In this document: positions 38,599 to 53,771 of the stretch, one piece after another
Position numbering within the stretch: the first letter of the stretch is position 1
How the letters are laid out: each line of letters opens with the position of its first letter
Source: Eledone cirrhosa
Taxonomy: Eukaryota
Assembly: GCA_964016885.1 (NCBI GenBank)
Contig: OZ024740.1
Location: 332,506,001 to 332,570,000 of the forward strand
Direction: 5' to 3'
DNA length: 64,000 bases
Made by a program: the position numbers and the translations under genes
The notes under the pieces: generated by a model
The model's input: only the letters and a program-made list of their open reading frames with translations
Database searches by the model: none
Told to the model about the DNA's origin: nothing

Positions 38599-40570
38599 CT
38601 ATCCATTAGGATATAAGGTGGGGCTGTAATACAGGAAAGTTTTGTGCAATTTATGTTTACAAGCCGAAATTGCCTCAGATTTTTTGTTTAAGATGTGGTC
38701 TGTGGCGTAGAGTATTTCCAGGGCCTCAGCGGCGCAGAGGTCACATGGTCTTTTATTTCCGTTATACGATCTAGCCCTAGCTAGGATCTCCCAGTGTAAC
38801 TTATATTGGGTGTGGTTGTCCTTTAGACTCCAGATATAAGCTGAAAGTGACGTCATATTCCTTCTTAGAGGGTAACGAAAAGAATGGGTATGCATGTAAA
38901 GACGCTGCTTGAAACTATTGGCGGTTAACCCTATGTAGGTCCTACGGACGTGGGTGTTACAACCTTACATCTGTAGACAATGTTACTAGAGAGGCATTTC
39001 CCGGATAAGGGGCAAACAGCCCGATTCCTACAATTACAGTTAGTACTAACTACAGGGTTGCACGTGTTCCTACGGCTAGGTACTTTATAGCTAAATTTGA
39101 AGCTGTGATGTTATGTGCAAGGTTAGGAGTCGTAGAGTAAGAAATTTTAATAGTATTTCTATTAAAAATTTTACTATATTTATGTGTAGGGGGAAAATGC
39201 TTCGTAATAAGGGAAAGAAAGATCTTAGCTAATGGGGTGGCCACCTCCATATTATATGGTGGGTTAAACCAACAAATGCGACGGGATCTATTTCTTCTAG
39301 GTCTATGTTCGTACTCTGTATATGCTACCTTATCGACAAATCCACTTCGAGCAAGAGTTTCATTGTAATAAGTGGAATGGTCGTTGAAAATGTGCTCGTT
39401 GGTGGAAAGACGGGAAAGCCTCAACGAAACGTTTTTTTACCAGGTTCTTGGTTATGCTGGCAGGATGGTTGGAATGCTTACTTATGTAATTAAGCGTATC
39501 ATTCGGCTTTCTATACGGGTAATACAACCCATTCAATAAATTGAGGGTAACGTCGAGGTAATTAACGACCGAGAGATTGGCCTCAACCTGTATAGAAAGG
39601 TTGAAGCCTTTAAAGAAGGCTGTGAGTTCTTTTCTGAACCTGTCGCAAGCACGAGGTCTGCACTTAGTCATGGTCAAAAGACCATCGTCACGGTACAACC
39701 CACCGCCCGCGTTGGGGAATTCGTCCTTGATAGAGAAAAGAAGGAAAATGCCAATAAGATCAGTAACCTCCGCAGAGTCACTGGCGCCCATACTCACGTC
39801 GAATGGGGTACTATTGGATTTTTTAATCCAAATAGAGTCGTCGAAATTAATCACCGACTTTCGGGCATTAAGGATGACATCATCTTCGAAATCCTTAACC
39901 ACTGTGAGTGTTTTAGCGAAATTGATAGCTCTAAGGAGAAGTGGTAAAGTGATGGAGGAGTAGTAATTGTTGATGTCGAATTGGATAAAACGGCAATGTT
40001 CCTTGTTACATATGCCGTTGAAACAATCAATCACCGCGAAAGAATTGTTCCACAGTGCGAGAGGGGCCAAACTTCTAATTTCAGGTATAATTCTATCAAG
40101 AATCGTTTTACTAAGTCTACCTAAATCGGACTTCGTAGGGTTAATAAGCCGAATAGAGGGGTTGTTCGGAAAATTGGATTTGTGATCCTTCAGGGTAAAG
40201 TGAGGAGAGATAGGGTCCAGAGGTTCTCGTCCGGTCCAGGATGTTGAGATCAGATGTGATTTTAAACCCAGCATCGTTGATTTCATTGATGACACACCGA
40301 TTAGTTTTACGGTAATCCTTAGTTACAGCATTATGTAGTAGTTGATGGTAAGTACTGCGCTCCACTTGATATAGGTTGCCAGTTTTGTCGGAATGGACGT
40401 GCACGGCGTTAGAATCCTTAATAGAACGAATTCTATTCTTCAGGTCTTGCTGGAAGGAATTGCTCCTATGCCGAAATTTGATACTCCGAATGAGTTCCAA
40501 GACATCATTTTCGAAGGGTAGCAATGCTGGGTTCCACGGAGGGTTATTATAGGTTTTAAATCCACATTTG
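38599..40570 (-). pseudogene. Frameshifted PLE RT and GIY-YIG ORF
   Basis: SDKTGNLY, FTLKDHK..F...PSIRLINPTKSDLG, FDINNYYSSI, FDVSMGASDSAEV, GLYRDDGL, YLDVTL, CNCR..CPL.GKCL, YIGLT, CDLCAAE, CKH. Spread over ORFs 40141-40524, 39360-40295, 39050-39424 and 38599-38895. Confidence 0.93.
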
Positions 40571-40949
40571 TCTTTGCGTGCTATTTTTCTCCACGCTCCA
40601 CATATGACTTATTATATTCGTTTTTTCGTTTATTGCCAGAGAACATCTCTATGCACCACCTAAGAGAATATTAGTCTACGACCTCTTTTATACCATAAAC
40701 GTAGTTCTGTCTTTGCGCGTAATTGTTTTTCACCGCTCCTATTAATGACGTATTATTCGTTTTTTCCCGTTCTTTGCCAGCGAACGTTACCACGAACCAA
40801 AGTATCGTCTTCCTGTCTTCCTCCGGTTGCAACGTTTTTTGAAATATCCAGTTCTTCGTTTACAGATTGACTTTGTTAGTTTCAGAAGATCCCGTTAAGG
40901 GTGAAAGCAGCGATTCTTTGCTTAAACTTTAATCTGTTATTTTAATAAA

Positions 40950-40983
<34 letters not shown>

Positions 40984-40984
<1 letters not shown>

Positions 40985-41850
40985 AAGGCGGGTAAAATCC
41001 CGAGATCCATGGACGAGTTCTCTCCAGCGGTCTCTGTCCCTCATTATCGTTGCCATGTCCTGCGACTCCAACAGACCAGTGTCTGTCCTTAGGGCATCAA
41101 CATACGTTAACCTTGGTCTTCCCTTTCCAGTGTGTCCATGTAGGGGCGCCCACATGAGCACTGAGTGCAATGTCAACTCTGGATGTCGGTGAGCATGTCC
41201 TGCTAACCTCAGTCTCCTCTGTGTCACTTTTGAGCTGACATTTGGGAGGCTCCCATACAGCTCTGAGTTTTTAATCCTCAGTGTATACTGATTAATATCC
41301 AGAGCCATCCTCAGCATTCTCGTGTAGCACCCATCCACCATCGTAGTGGACTATTGTATGCGCCTTGCACTGGAGAAACACCAGGACTCTGGCTTTACTG
41401 TAACACCGGCTTAGAGGAGGTGAGTTAAGGCGAAAAGGTATCAGATGCTGAATTTGCCGACGACATAGTCTTGGTGACAAATACAGTGAAGGAGCAGAGG
41501 ATTTGATGCAGGAGGTTGAGACTCTCGATTAGTGTGGGGCTGAGAATGAATGACACTAAAACAAAATATCTGGTAGAGAATATTGAGAAGCCAGAGGGGA
41601 TCAATAATGTAGGCAGGAAGCCGCTAGAATTGGTTGAGGACTTCCTGTATTTGGGAGCAAAGATTGGGAATACGGAAGATGATGTGGTTGAGATGAAGAG
41701 CAAAGCCTGGGCGGCGTGCCACAGCTTGAGATCGGTGTGGGAGTTGGACCTTCGTAAAGACCTGAAAATCCGCCTCTTTATTGCTGTAGTGGAATCTGTG
41801 CTGCTGTACGGGTCTGAGACTTGGACACTGACCAAGAATCTCACTCAGAT
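40984..41850. mobile_element. RTE-clade LINE 3' fragment with 5' inversion
   Basis: Plus strand 41340-41850: FADDIVL...VGLRMNDTKTKY...FLYLG...ESVLLYGSETWTLTKNLTQ. Minus strand 41342-40984: MVDGCYTRMLRMAL...RRLRLAGH...GRPRLTYVD...RDRWR. Confidence 0.9.
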
Positions 41851-41891
41851 ATATATATATATTTATATACATATATATATAATACATCCAT

Positions 41892-41947
<56 letters not shown>

Positions 41948-41949
41948 GT

Positions 41950-42142
41950 AATAATTGTTTCTACTTTAGGTACAAGGCCAGCAATTACCCAGTGCATTAC
42001 TGGTACTTTATTTTATCGACCCCGTAAGGATGAAAGGCAAAAATCAACCTCGGCGGGATTTGAACTCAGATCGTAAAAGGACGCAAGTATGCTGGTAAGC
42101 ATGGGGTCCGACCCTCTACCGATACTGCCAATCCACCGCCCT
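41950..42142 (-). mobile_element. tRNA SINE family C
   Basis: Full-length match to the family. Confidence 0.9.
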
Positions 42143-42261
42143 TATATATAATAGTAATAATAAATGTGAAGACTAAAATCCGAAGAGGCTTGATAAGGAT
42201 TATATATATAATTCTTAGCTTAAACTTTAATCTGTTCATATAATATATATATATATACATA

Positions 42262-42458
42262 TATAACGAAGGAAATGTGGTAAGGACCAGGTGGAACATA
42301 ACGCACCAAAGTACTCAATACTTAGGATAGTAGAGTGGGTAATAGGAACCAGTAAGACCCCGACGGCTGAGCTCAAGCCGTCTCGACGGCTAATTCTGGA
42401 CTAGAATTAGCCGTCGAAACGGCTTGAGCTCAGCCGTCGGGGTCTTACTGGTTCCTAT
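42262..42458 (-). mobile_element. Family A element with fold-back
   Basis: Pivot GACGGCTAATTCTGGACTAGAATTAGCCGTC at 42385-42415. Confidence 0.8.
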
Positions 42459-42470
42459 ATACATATATAT

Positions 42471-42521
<51 letters not shown>

Positions 42522-42527
<6 letters not shown>

Positions 42528-42711
42528 GTTTCTACTTTAGGCACAAGGCCAGCAATTACCAGTGCATTACTGGTACTTTATTTTATCGACCCCGTAAGGA
42601 TGAAAGGCAAAGTCAACCTCGGCGGGATTTGAACTCAGATGGTAAAGGGACGTAACTACGCTGGAAAGCATGGCGTCCGACCCTCTACCGATACTGCCAA
42701 TCCACCGCCCT
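42522..42711 (-). mobile_element. tRNA SINE family C
   Basis: Full-length match to the family. Confidence 0.9.
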
Positions 42712-43490
42712 AAAACTGGGGCATTATATATATATATATAATGCCCCAGTTTTAGGACCATTTATATAAATTGCTCCCCAAATTTGAAATAGGTGTTGTG
42801 TATGATAAGTAACATTTTGTCTCATTCGCAGAGATCAAGTGAGACCGGATATATTAAATCGAGGGCTTATGTAATTAGAAGTCGGTGTCATGTGGGATGC
42901 TGCTCTTCGCAAACCAAATTTCCATTGTTCCAGACGGAGTATTTTGTCTTGTAAATTTCTATTTTTTTAGTAACATTTAGTAAAGTATTTTCTGTTAGTA
43001 CAATTGTTGCTATTTATTTACTGCGTTTGAGATAATCAACTAATGAATATATAAACATTCATTTCAAACATATTCCTTACAACTCCCAGTTCGTGATAAT
43101 TTTCCGTTGGTGTCGAGGTTTTTGTTGAACTTTTGATAAGAAGTAAAGAAAGAAATTTATTTTACAAAACCGGCATCCGTTGACCGTTTCGTAGTTGGTT
43201 TTACATTACGGCTCCTTAAAACGCACATCACCTGAGGCTGCAGATTTATTCCTAACTAAAGTTTTACGTTAATAAATTGTAGAGTAAAAGAACAATGAGC
43301 ATAAATGTGTCAAATCATAAAATCATTTAATTCAAACTGAAATTATTATAGCTTGAAATAAATACATATTTTATCTTCTTTTTCACAAGTCTCGATGTTT
43401 ATGGTATAGGATCGATTAAAACTGAAAACACATGTCTTCAAACATAGGTCCTGTTGTTATAATGGTTATCTTAGTCATCATTATTGATAT

Positions 43491-43562
43491 ACGGGGTCGA
43501 TAAAATAAAGTACCAGTAATGCACTGGTAATTGCTGGCCTTGTGCCTAAAGTAGAAACAATT
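43491..43562 (+). mobile_element. 5'-truncated SINE family C with 11-bp TSD
   Basis: ATTATTGATAT at 43480-43490 and 43560-43570. Confidence 0.88.
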
Positions 43563-44284
43563 ATTGATATTGTTGTCGTTGTTGTTGCTGCGGATCGACG
43601 ATCAAAGGTATAACATTCATGACCTGATTTTAAATGAAGAACAACATAGTTTAATGCATATTTCCTTTTTAAAATTTTGGCGTTTTATTTAAGGAAAATC
43701 TCGCCGCTGGTTCTATCAGTTCAATCGACTATGTAAAAGTTTCCTTATTAACTCTTTAATGTTATTGCTACTTATGTGTCTGTCGTTGTTGTTCGTATTT
43801 TATATTATTAGATGTCTGACAAAAGTCAGGCGTCATATGTAGACCTATAAAATGATGCGTTCGGCTATTAGAGTTGGGATCCCTATATATATAGTCATGG
43901 AAAACATTTCAAAGAAATCACCAGAAATGTATATTTAGTCACATTTATATAACTAAAACGAAAGAAAAGCTTGATTTTTTTCCGGTGACCAAATAATGTC
44001 ATGATAAATCCAGATTTCCATGAATTAGGAAACGACAGAATGTTTTCGGAATTCGATTTCTAAGATGCATTGTGTATTGTCAAATATGAGCTGAGAGAGT
44101 GACAGGCTAATATGAGTAGACACATGTCAAAAGGGGTTAGGAAAACATAATACTATAGAAAATCATCGATTGACAAAGAATAAATGTATTTTCAGTTATC
44201 TATTCCTGTATGTATAAGTACGTGTGTGTGTGTCTATGCGTGCTTATGTCTGTGTGTGTATGTGTGTGTGTGTGTGTCTGCGTG

Positions 44285-44355
<71 letters not shown>

Positions 44356-47280
44356 GTGCATGTGTGTGTGTGTCTGTCTGTCTGTGCATGTGTGTGGATT
44401 TCCTCATAGGGTAAATACATAAGTCGAGCAACACACGAAAGAAATATTTCATACTCATACAATTATTAGTCATATAGTAATTTTATATAACGCCAAGATA
44501 AATTCTATAGAGATGCTGCCATATGACTCTGTGCTGTGTGAGTGTGTGTATGTATGCGTGTGCATGCGTGATGTGATTTGTCTGTGACAATGTGTGTCTG
44601 TGTGTGCATGTTTGATGTAGTATGAGTGTTTATGTGTTGTGTGTGTGTGTCTGTTTGGTAAAGGGTTTTGGGATCTGAATTCGAAACATTCCATTTAACG
44701 CAACTACATAAACTATTTGAAAGCATTATCGTATGTAATCATACACTTACAATTATTTACTAACCTGATCTTTCACGTATTATGTAAACACACACATATA
44801 TTCATACATACATGTAAATATATATATATATGTATATATATATAATTTTATACTCTGCACTGTATTGAGTACCTTACTTTCTGTGGCTACCCCCGATTAA
44901 ACTCGGGATAACTTATATATATTACTGTGTCTGCGAAGTGTATGAATATATATGCGTGCTATCTAGTTTATAGGAAGATGTATGCCCTGAGTGAATTTTA
45001 TTTTGTTAATATGAATATGAAGGCAAGCCGTAGTTTCAGAAGATCAGTTTATGTTTCCTCGCCAAAAGCCTAATTTTATATTGTTGTGTCAAGGGAAATT
45101 CAGCTTGACAGATCATATATATTTGCAATCTGTTGACAATACATCCATGATGTGGAAGGGAAGTAGATTTTGAGAACTGAGAATAACGCGCATATAAATT
45201 GTCACGTTTCTAGAGCATCGCTTAATATAATTTATTGTTTATGATGTACGTAATATACAGCAAACTTGACAATACGTCAAGGGTATTCCACATTTATGTT
45301 TTGATTTGCAAAGTCTATAATAGAGATAAGTTAATATGATATGTCACAGACAGATTTGAATCAGATAGATTTGAAACTTTATGGTAAAAATATGCAAATC
45401 AAACTTTGAACGACTAATCACGCAACTTGTTAATTAATTTCTGCCATCTTGTAGGCTGTAGTGAATTTAAAATCAGTGATGTCTTTTAGATTGTAGGCCA
45501 ATATAGCTGTCAATTACAATGCATTAATAATAAACAGTACAGTGAATGGATATGTTTAAATTACTACGGTTATAGAGAGAGAAAGTGAGAGATAGAAAGA
45601 GAGTGAGAGAGAGCGGGAGAGAGAGAGAGATTAAGAGCTCAAGATGTTAGAATAATGAGAAAAAGCATCTCAAGTTACACGCCATCGTCTAAATATTAGA
45701 GGAATGAATTGTAGGAATGTAGAGTTACGAAGGAAATACTTATCTCAAGATAGATCTATGTGATGTGGTTAAACTAACATTTCAAATGTTGCCATTAAAA
45801 GAAAACGATAGCCAACTACAGATCTTTGTTACCAGATACAGTGTCACAAAATTGATGTTTGTCAAAAGGGTTGGCAAAGTCAGCTAGTAGAGATATGAGA
45901 TTGGAATTCTATTTAATGATATTTGTTAGTGCTATTTTATGTATGTTAGAAGTAATCTTTTGAAATTTAACAAGCGAAAATAATAATATAAATGATTTCT
46001 AATGCAAGTGCAAGGCCGAATATTTTTGAGGAAATGGGAAATTTGCTTATATATGCCTCAATATTTTGCTGGTACATTATTTTATCGATTTCGGAAGAAA
46101 AGAAAAGCAAACATGATTTTGTCATGATTTGAACTCAAATTATAAAGGTCGGAAATGAATATCAAAATATATTTTGACCGACAGCCTAAATATCTTTCCT
46201 GTTCATATAAAAAAACTTTCCATTTGTTGTCAGATACGAGAGCTTCATGTCTTTGGAAACTCACAGGTAAAGGAAATGGGATGGATTTAATATGTAATGG
46301 CTATGGCCACACATATTCTTCTCTAACTGGTATTTTATCTATTCTATAACGTTCGATATTATATTAAACATTCATGTAAATTCATAAAGTCATAATATTC
46401 TTCTGTTAACCATTCGCATAATATACGATTTCGTAGCAAATTGTAAACGCTATAAAGGGTTTCCAGCTCACTGAAGTCTGTATATTTTTTCACAATTGAA
46501 TGCACTTTATGGGATAGTTTTCTTTTTTTCGAAATCTTTCTACGAATTTATACAAAACATAAAGGGTTCTATAGCTTGCTTTCATCCTCAACATGGGCTT
46601 ATGACATTAGCTGTGTAAAGTTGTTAAATATGTTAACTCACCGATATACGTATTCTTATGTGTAAAAAGAATATGGTGAACAAATTATTGTTATTATTAT
46701 TATTCCCACGATTATTATTATTATTATTATTATTAACAAAAACGGTAGCATTATCCTAAACCACAATCATTGACACACGAAGGAAATATTCCAATAATTC
46801 AGGTACGTATATTTATATTTTGTTTTTCAACTGTTATCTGACAAAATACTCGAACGGATATATGAAAGTATAAATAAATCGTGACGGAGTAATAACATTT
46901 TTTACACCTCTTTCAACATATAAGAGTGGGTATGCGGAAATAGAAAAGTTAAAGGAAGTGAAAAGAAAATCAACTCGATTCCGTAACATTCGCAATACTT
47001 GAGCAATCAGAAGTAACATGTTGGATAAAGCAGCAGGAATACGTAGCTCTAAAGCGGATAGATGAATTCACTAGATATGGTAAAATCACTGATAATGATT
47101 AGATTTCGGTTGTTTATGCAGCTCGAATTCGTTTCGGTATTCATATTTGAAGTATATTTAATCTCGATCATTCTTTCATCTCAGATCGTGTGAAACTATT
47201 ATTTTGGAAATTACACACACAAGCGCGTAAACATACACACACACACGTGCACTCACACACACATGCAAATACACGCACAG

Positions 47281-47320
<40 letters not shown>

Positions 47321-47322
47321 AT

Positions 47323-47415
<93 letters not shown>

Positions 47416-47441
47416 CATATATGTATACATATATGTATACA

Positions 47442-47508
<67 letters not shown>

Positions 47509-47664
47509 ACATATATGTATACATATATGTATATATATATTTATTTATATACGGAATTTGAAATGTGGGGATCCCAAAGGAAATAACCATAATAATAGAG
47601 GGCGACTGTAAATTAGTTGTTGAGAAAATTGGGTAAAGTAAAACAGGAGAAAAATAATATTACC

Positions 47665-47875
47665 AAATGCATCTCTCTAATTTTACATCGCCCATGACCT
47701 TTTACTCAATTTCCGTAACTATTGTAAACCTATGTCACGTGGGAGGGTATTTTTCAAATTTCAAATATTAACAGATGTACCTCTGTCCAATTTTACATCG
47801 CCAAGGGCCTTTTACTCGATTTTCATAACTATTATACAAGCTATGTGTCGCGGGCGGGTATTTTCAACTTTGCCC
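47665..47875. repeat. Two diverged ~110-bp tandem units
   Basis: AATTTTACATCGCC...CCTTTTTACTC...TAACTATT...CTATGT...GGGTATTTT occurs twice. Confidence 0.75.
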
Positions 47876-48186
47876 CGTGTAAAGTCAACCAGTCTGTTGA
47901 TTCACAAACACGCACACATATATGCATACACACATACGGACCACGCATGCACACACATATATCTATCTATCTATGTATCTATCCATCTAGCTAGCTAGCT
48001 ATGTGTGAGTCCCGGTTCCAATCGGTATTAACCAGAGTAAATAAGGTACTTAACACATTAGTAGATTACATACAAAATTCAATATAAAAATGGCTTCTAC
48101 AGGACTAGAATGTGTAATTCGAAGATCATCATCAGGGAAGCTTTCTATATTACACACTAACGCACGCGCACACACACACACACACA

Positions 48187-48294
<108 letters not shown>

Positions 48295-48296
48295 TA

Positions 48297-48328
<32 letters not shown>

Positions 48329-48869
48329 CATTTATGTAACAAATTAAGATGATAGATAAGTATTCTAAGAAAACACATTTTAAGAATCCTTATCTTTTTT
48401 CTGAATTTGTTATATATATGTATGTGGTGTGTGTTATATATGTATGTGTTGTGTGTTAAATGACAACTCTTCTATATTTTTATCTTTAACGACATAAACA
48501 CATCGAGCTTAAATATATCATTGATTGGCAATTTCTCTCATGTCAATTATGTATATATATATATACATATATATACTATATTTTTAAGATAGCATATTCG
48601 TATGTATGTATATGCGTATGTCACCGAACGGTTCCGAAACACTGAGCCCAAGTATAAGGTTTCAATGAACTTAGAAAGATAAGATGATGTAAAATATAAC
48701 AAAAAGGTGACAAAGTAAAGTATAACAAATAAGAGACACAATATAACGACAATATTAGCCACTATGGGGTCCCAGAATGTGTGACGAAACATTTTGACAA
48801 TCAAGTAATAGAAAATCATCCAGTTATTGTAATAACCATCCGGGAAATTATAATAATATATTTGATGTA

Positions 48870-49370
48870 AAATATTTTTATTGGCGACATTACCCTCACT
48901 ACGTATAACAATATGTTTCAACACCTGTTTCCCGAACGTTTCACACCGGACATGAAAGCATTCTATAGAGACATCCTCCTTACCGCACTGGTGCTCACAC
49001 TCAATTGTTTTTCCTGTTTGAGTGACCTTTAGTATAAGGTAAACGAAGAGGCCATGAACCCAGAAATGAGTCCCTGATAAGCCAAACCATTTGTAGCCTA
49101 AGTTGGGACCCAATACCTCGCCCACTATAATGACCTCAAGCTCAAGTGTTACGGCTGATATATCGATGAATGTATTGGAACCACCACACTGAGCCTGGAA
49201 TAACTCGATTGCGTTATTTTTTCTTCTGCTCCTTCTACCCTGCCCCCGACTTTATCTCATCTATCTCCAACATTTCCGTCTCTTACGTCCTATTCCTGGA
49301 CTTTTCTCCTTTGATATATTTTGCTCTTTGAAGACGCTATAGATATCACGAATCGTGGAAGAGCGTTGTC
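48870..49370 (+). pseudogene. Ancient decayed PLE RT core, followed by a pyrimidine-rich tail
   Basis: LVLTLNCFS...YKVNEEAMNPEMSP**AKPFVA*VG...YG*YIDECIG resembles LVLTLNCFSF..YKQ.NGVAMGT.MGPSYANLFV...YGRYIDDCIG. Confidence 0.55.
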
Positions 49371-49619
49371 TGATATTCCCAACTGCAACGAAGAAACCTG
49401 TGGCCGATTCACTGTGCAGAAGAGATAAAAATATCATTTCATAACGAAAAAATATTTTTAATTTGATAGCGACTCTCGCATATATTTATTGTATACATAT
49501 TATATACTTTCATATGCAACATTTTTATCGTCATATATTTATATATATTGGGAGTACTAGTTTTGAGTAGTAAGACCGAATTTAGCTATGGATATTGTTA
49601 CTGACTTAAGAGAAATATA

Positions 49620-50125
49620 AATAAATATATAAATAAATAAATATATACACAAGCACAATAACAGCAAACACATATAAACACACACTAGTAAACTAAGATA
49701 AAATACAATAACCAAAACACAGTCACCCAAACGCGAACACACACCTAACAGTATACACATTCGCAAACGCATGCGCAGAGAAGAAGACAAAAATAAATAA
49801 ATAAATAAACAGATGCAATAAAGATGGCGTAGTCATACAATGCAACAGGAGGAACATAATTGTACCACTGGTGATGTTGCAGATGTGCAACGAAATAACT
49901 TTTTTAGACTATATATATGTGTTTATATCTATATTACATCTGTATTTTTCACCGTTGGTCAGTCAATGATAAACATTGAAAACAATGATAAACAAGAAAA
50001 AATGAATTAACTGTGGAGATATAAAAGATACCGAAGCGAAACAAAACCAAACAGTGACTGTGTTCTGCTATTATTTCTGGCAATAGTGTTACAACAATAT
50101 GACACTCCCCAAGTATAACAATTAT
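49620..50125 (+). mobile_element. Older PLE family G pLTR copy; decayed HHR at 49864-49905
   Basis: Similar to 13310-13610. Ends ATGACACTCCCCAAGTATAACAAT. Confidence 0.8.
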
Positions 50126-50324
50126 ATATCCAGTGGGATGGCGTCATCATATGGCTAAAACAGCACGTGCTGTGAGTAGTGCACCGCTCGTCACAGCACT
50201 AAAGCGTTATTCTCAGTGCTTCGACTTATACTGAGTAACATGTTTCTATAAGATTATTTTGCATAAACATTGTAAGATTGAAATATACTAATCTTGTATG
50301 CGTACGGTTCAGAAAAGTTATATG

Positions 50325-50395
<71 letters not shown>

Positions 50396-50485
50396 TTAAA
50401 ACAATGAAATTAAAAAAATCAACTCATTAGAGATATATTTCACTGCTTTACGATCGTTTCTAGATGATGATAATACATTGTAGCT

Positions 50486-52454
<1,969 letters not shown>

Positions 52455-52456
<2 letters not shown>

Positions 52457-53636
52457 TGTTATACTTTGGGAGGGTCATGTTGCCAATAAGAAACACACGC
52501 ACCAGTTGCTTTCACTTCAATTTATTATAATAAATTTATAATAAATTTATAAATTTATGAATTTCTGGTTGGTTGGTTGGTTCCACAACCAGATAGTTGT
52601 TTATATATTGTCATAGGTCTTTCGTCACACACTCTGTGACCTCTTCAGTGACTGGGGATTCCTTTCTTTGTTTCTGTGCTTGACCTTTGTTCTGTCCTAC
52701 GCCATTTTGTTTCTGTGCGTGTGTTGTGTGCTCAGTTTGCGCATGCGCCACATCCGGGTCTCTGTGTGTGTTTATGTTCATTTATTTATTTGTTTATTTA
52801 CATGTTACTGGTTGGTTGTTTGTTCTATGTGTGTGTGTGTTTTCATTTTGTCCTTAATTGTAAGTTGTGATGTTGCTGTTCCATTCATATTTTCTATTTA
52901 ATGTTGGTTGTAATTCTTTTATGTTTATTGCCTCTGTAATTTGTCTGAACATTGCGTCTTTTCTGTGTGTAGATTCTATTTTTATTTTTATGTTCTCTAA
53001 TTTACCCTTGTGTTCTATTTTAGCATGTTGGTAGAGTACAGATGATTCTTTACTATCTTGAAGGTCTCGCCAGTGTTCATTTATCCGTTCCCCTACACTA
53101 CGAGCTGTCTCACCTATGTTCACTATATTTTTGTCTCTACATTGTCCTTCAGTACATCTTATGCTATACACTACATTTCTAGTTTTACAGTTAATATGGG
53201 GGCTTATTTTACAGGTTATACATTTCTTATCTATACATGGGGGTCTTTGAAAAGGGTATGTCTTGCTAATAAGTGTTTTTACGGAGGTACCTGGTCTTTC
53301 TACTATCTTAATATTGAGTTTATGTTTATTTAGGGCCCTTCTAAATTTGTAAGCTAATTCACCTCTAGGGGTTGTATCGATGAACATTACACTCTGGTAT
53401 TTATTGCTATCATACCATGAGTTTATTCTATTAGCCTTGTTCCTAGTTTTTTCTATTCTATTCCAAAATTTGCTCCTATACAAGGGGCAGGTCCCATTTA
53501 TGTCATTATTTACCATTTTTTCCCATTTGGTTCTGGCTCCTCCATACACTCTGATTTTATCTCTCTGATTGTAGCCAGAGAACTGCATACGATGGATGAA
53601 GTGTTGTATGTGTCTCTGTAGTTCTTCGGGGTTGCA
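52455..53636 (-). mobile_element. Inverted duplicate of the 3' ~1.2 kb of PLE family F; HHR at 52610-52652
   Basis: Reverse complement of ~56694-57870, including the GIY-YIG coding region. Confidence 0.95.
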
Positions 53637-53771
53637 TGACAATATATAAACAACTATCTGGTTGTGGAACCAACCAACCAACCAGAAATTTATAAATTTA
53701 TAAATTTATTATAAATTTATTATAATAAATTGAAGTGAAAGCAACTGGTGCGTGTTTTTCTTATTGGCAAC

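Noticed and set aside
42710-42757. Short inverted repeats (also 31461-31525 and 35688-35752) as regulatory hairpins or terminators
   Set aside because: Single small palindromes next to (TA)n; better explained as micro fold-backs, with no functional evidence.
47665-47875. CRISPR-like array
   Set aside because: Only two diverged tandem units, no unique spacers, no cas genes, and a eukaryotic context.
48547-49125. 192-aa minus-strand ORF
   Set aside because: It lies partly antisense to a decayed PLE RT remnant and has no recognisable domain.
49323-49366. Hammerhead after the decayed PLE RT (GCTCT-TTGAAGA...AGAGC)
   Set aside because: Helix I is plausible, but C3, GAAA and helix II are degraded; too weak to call.
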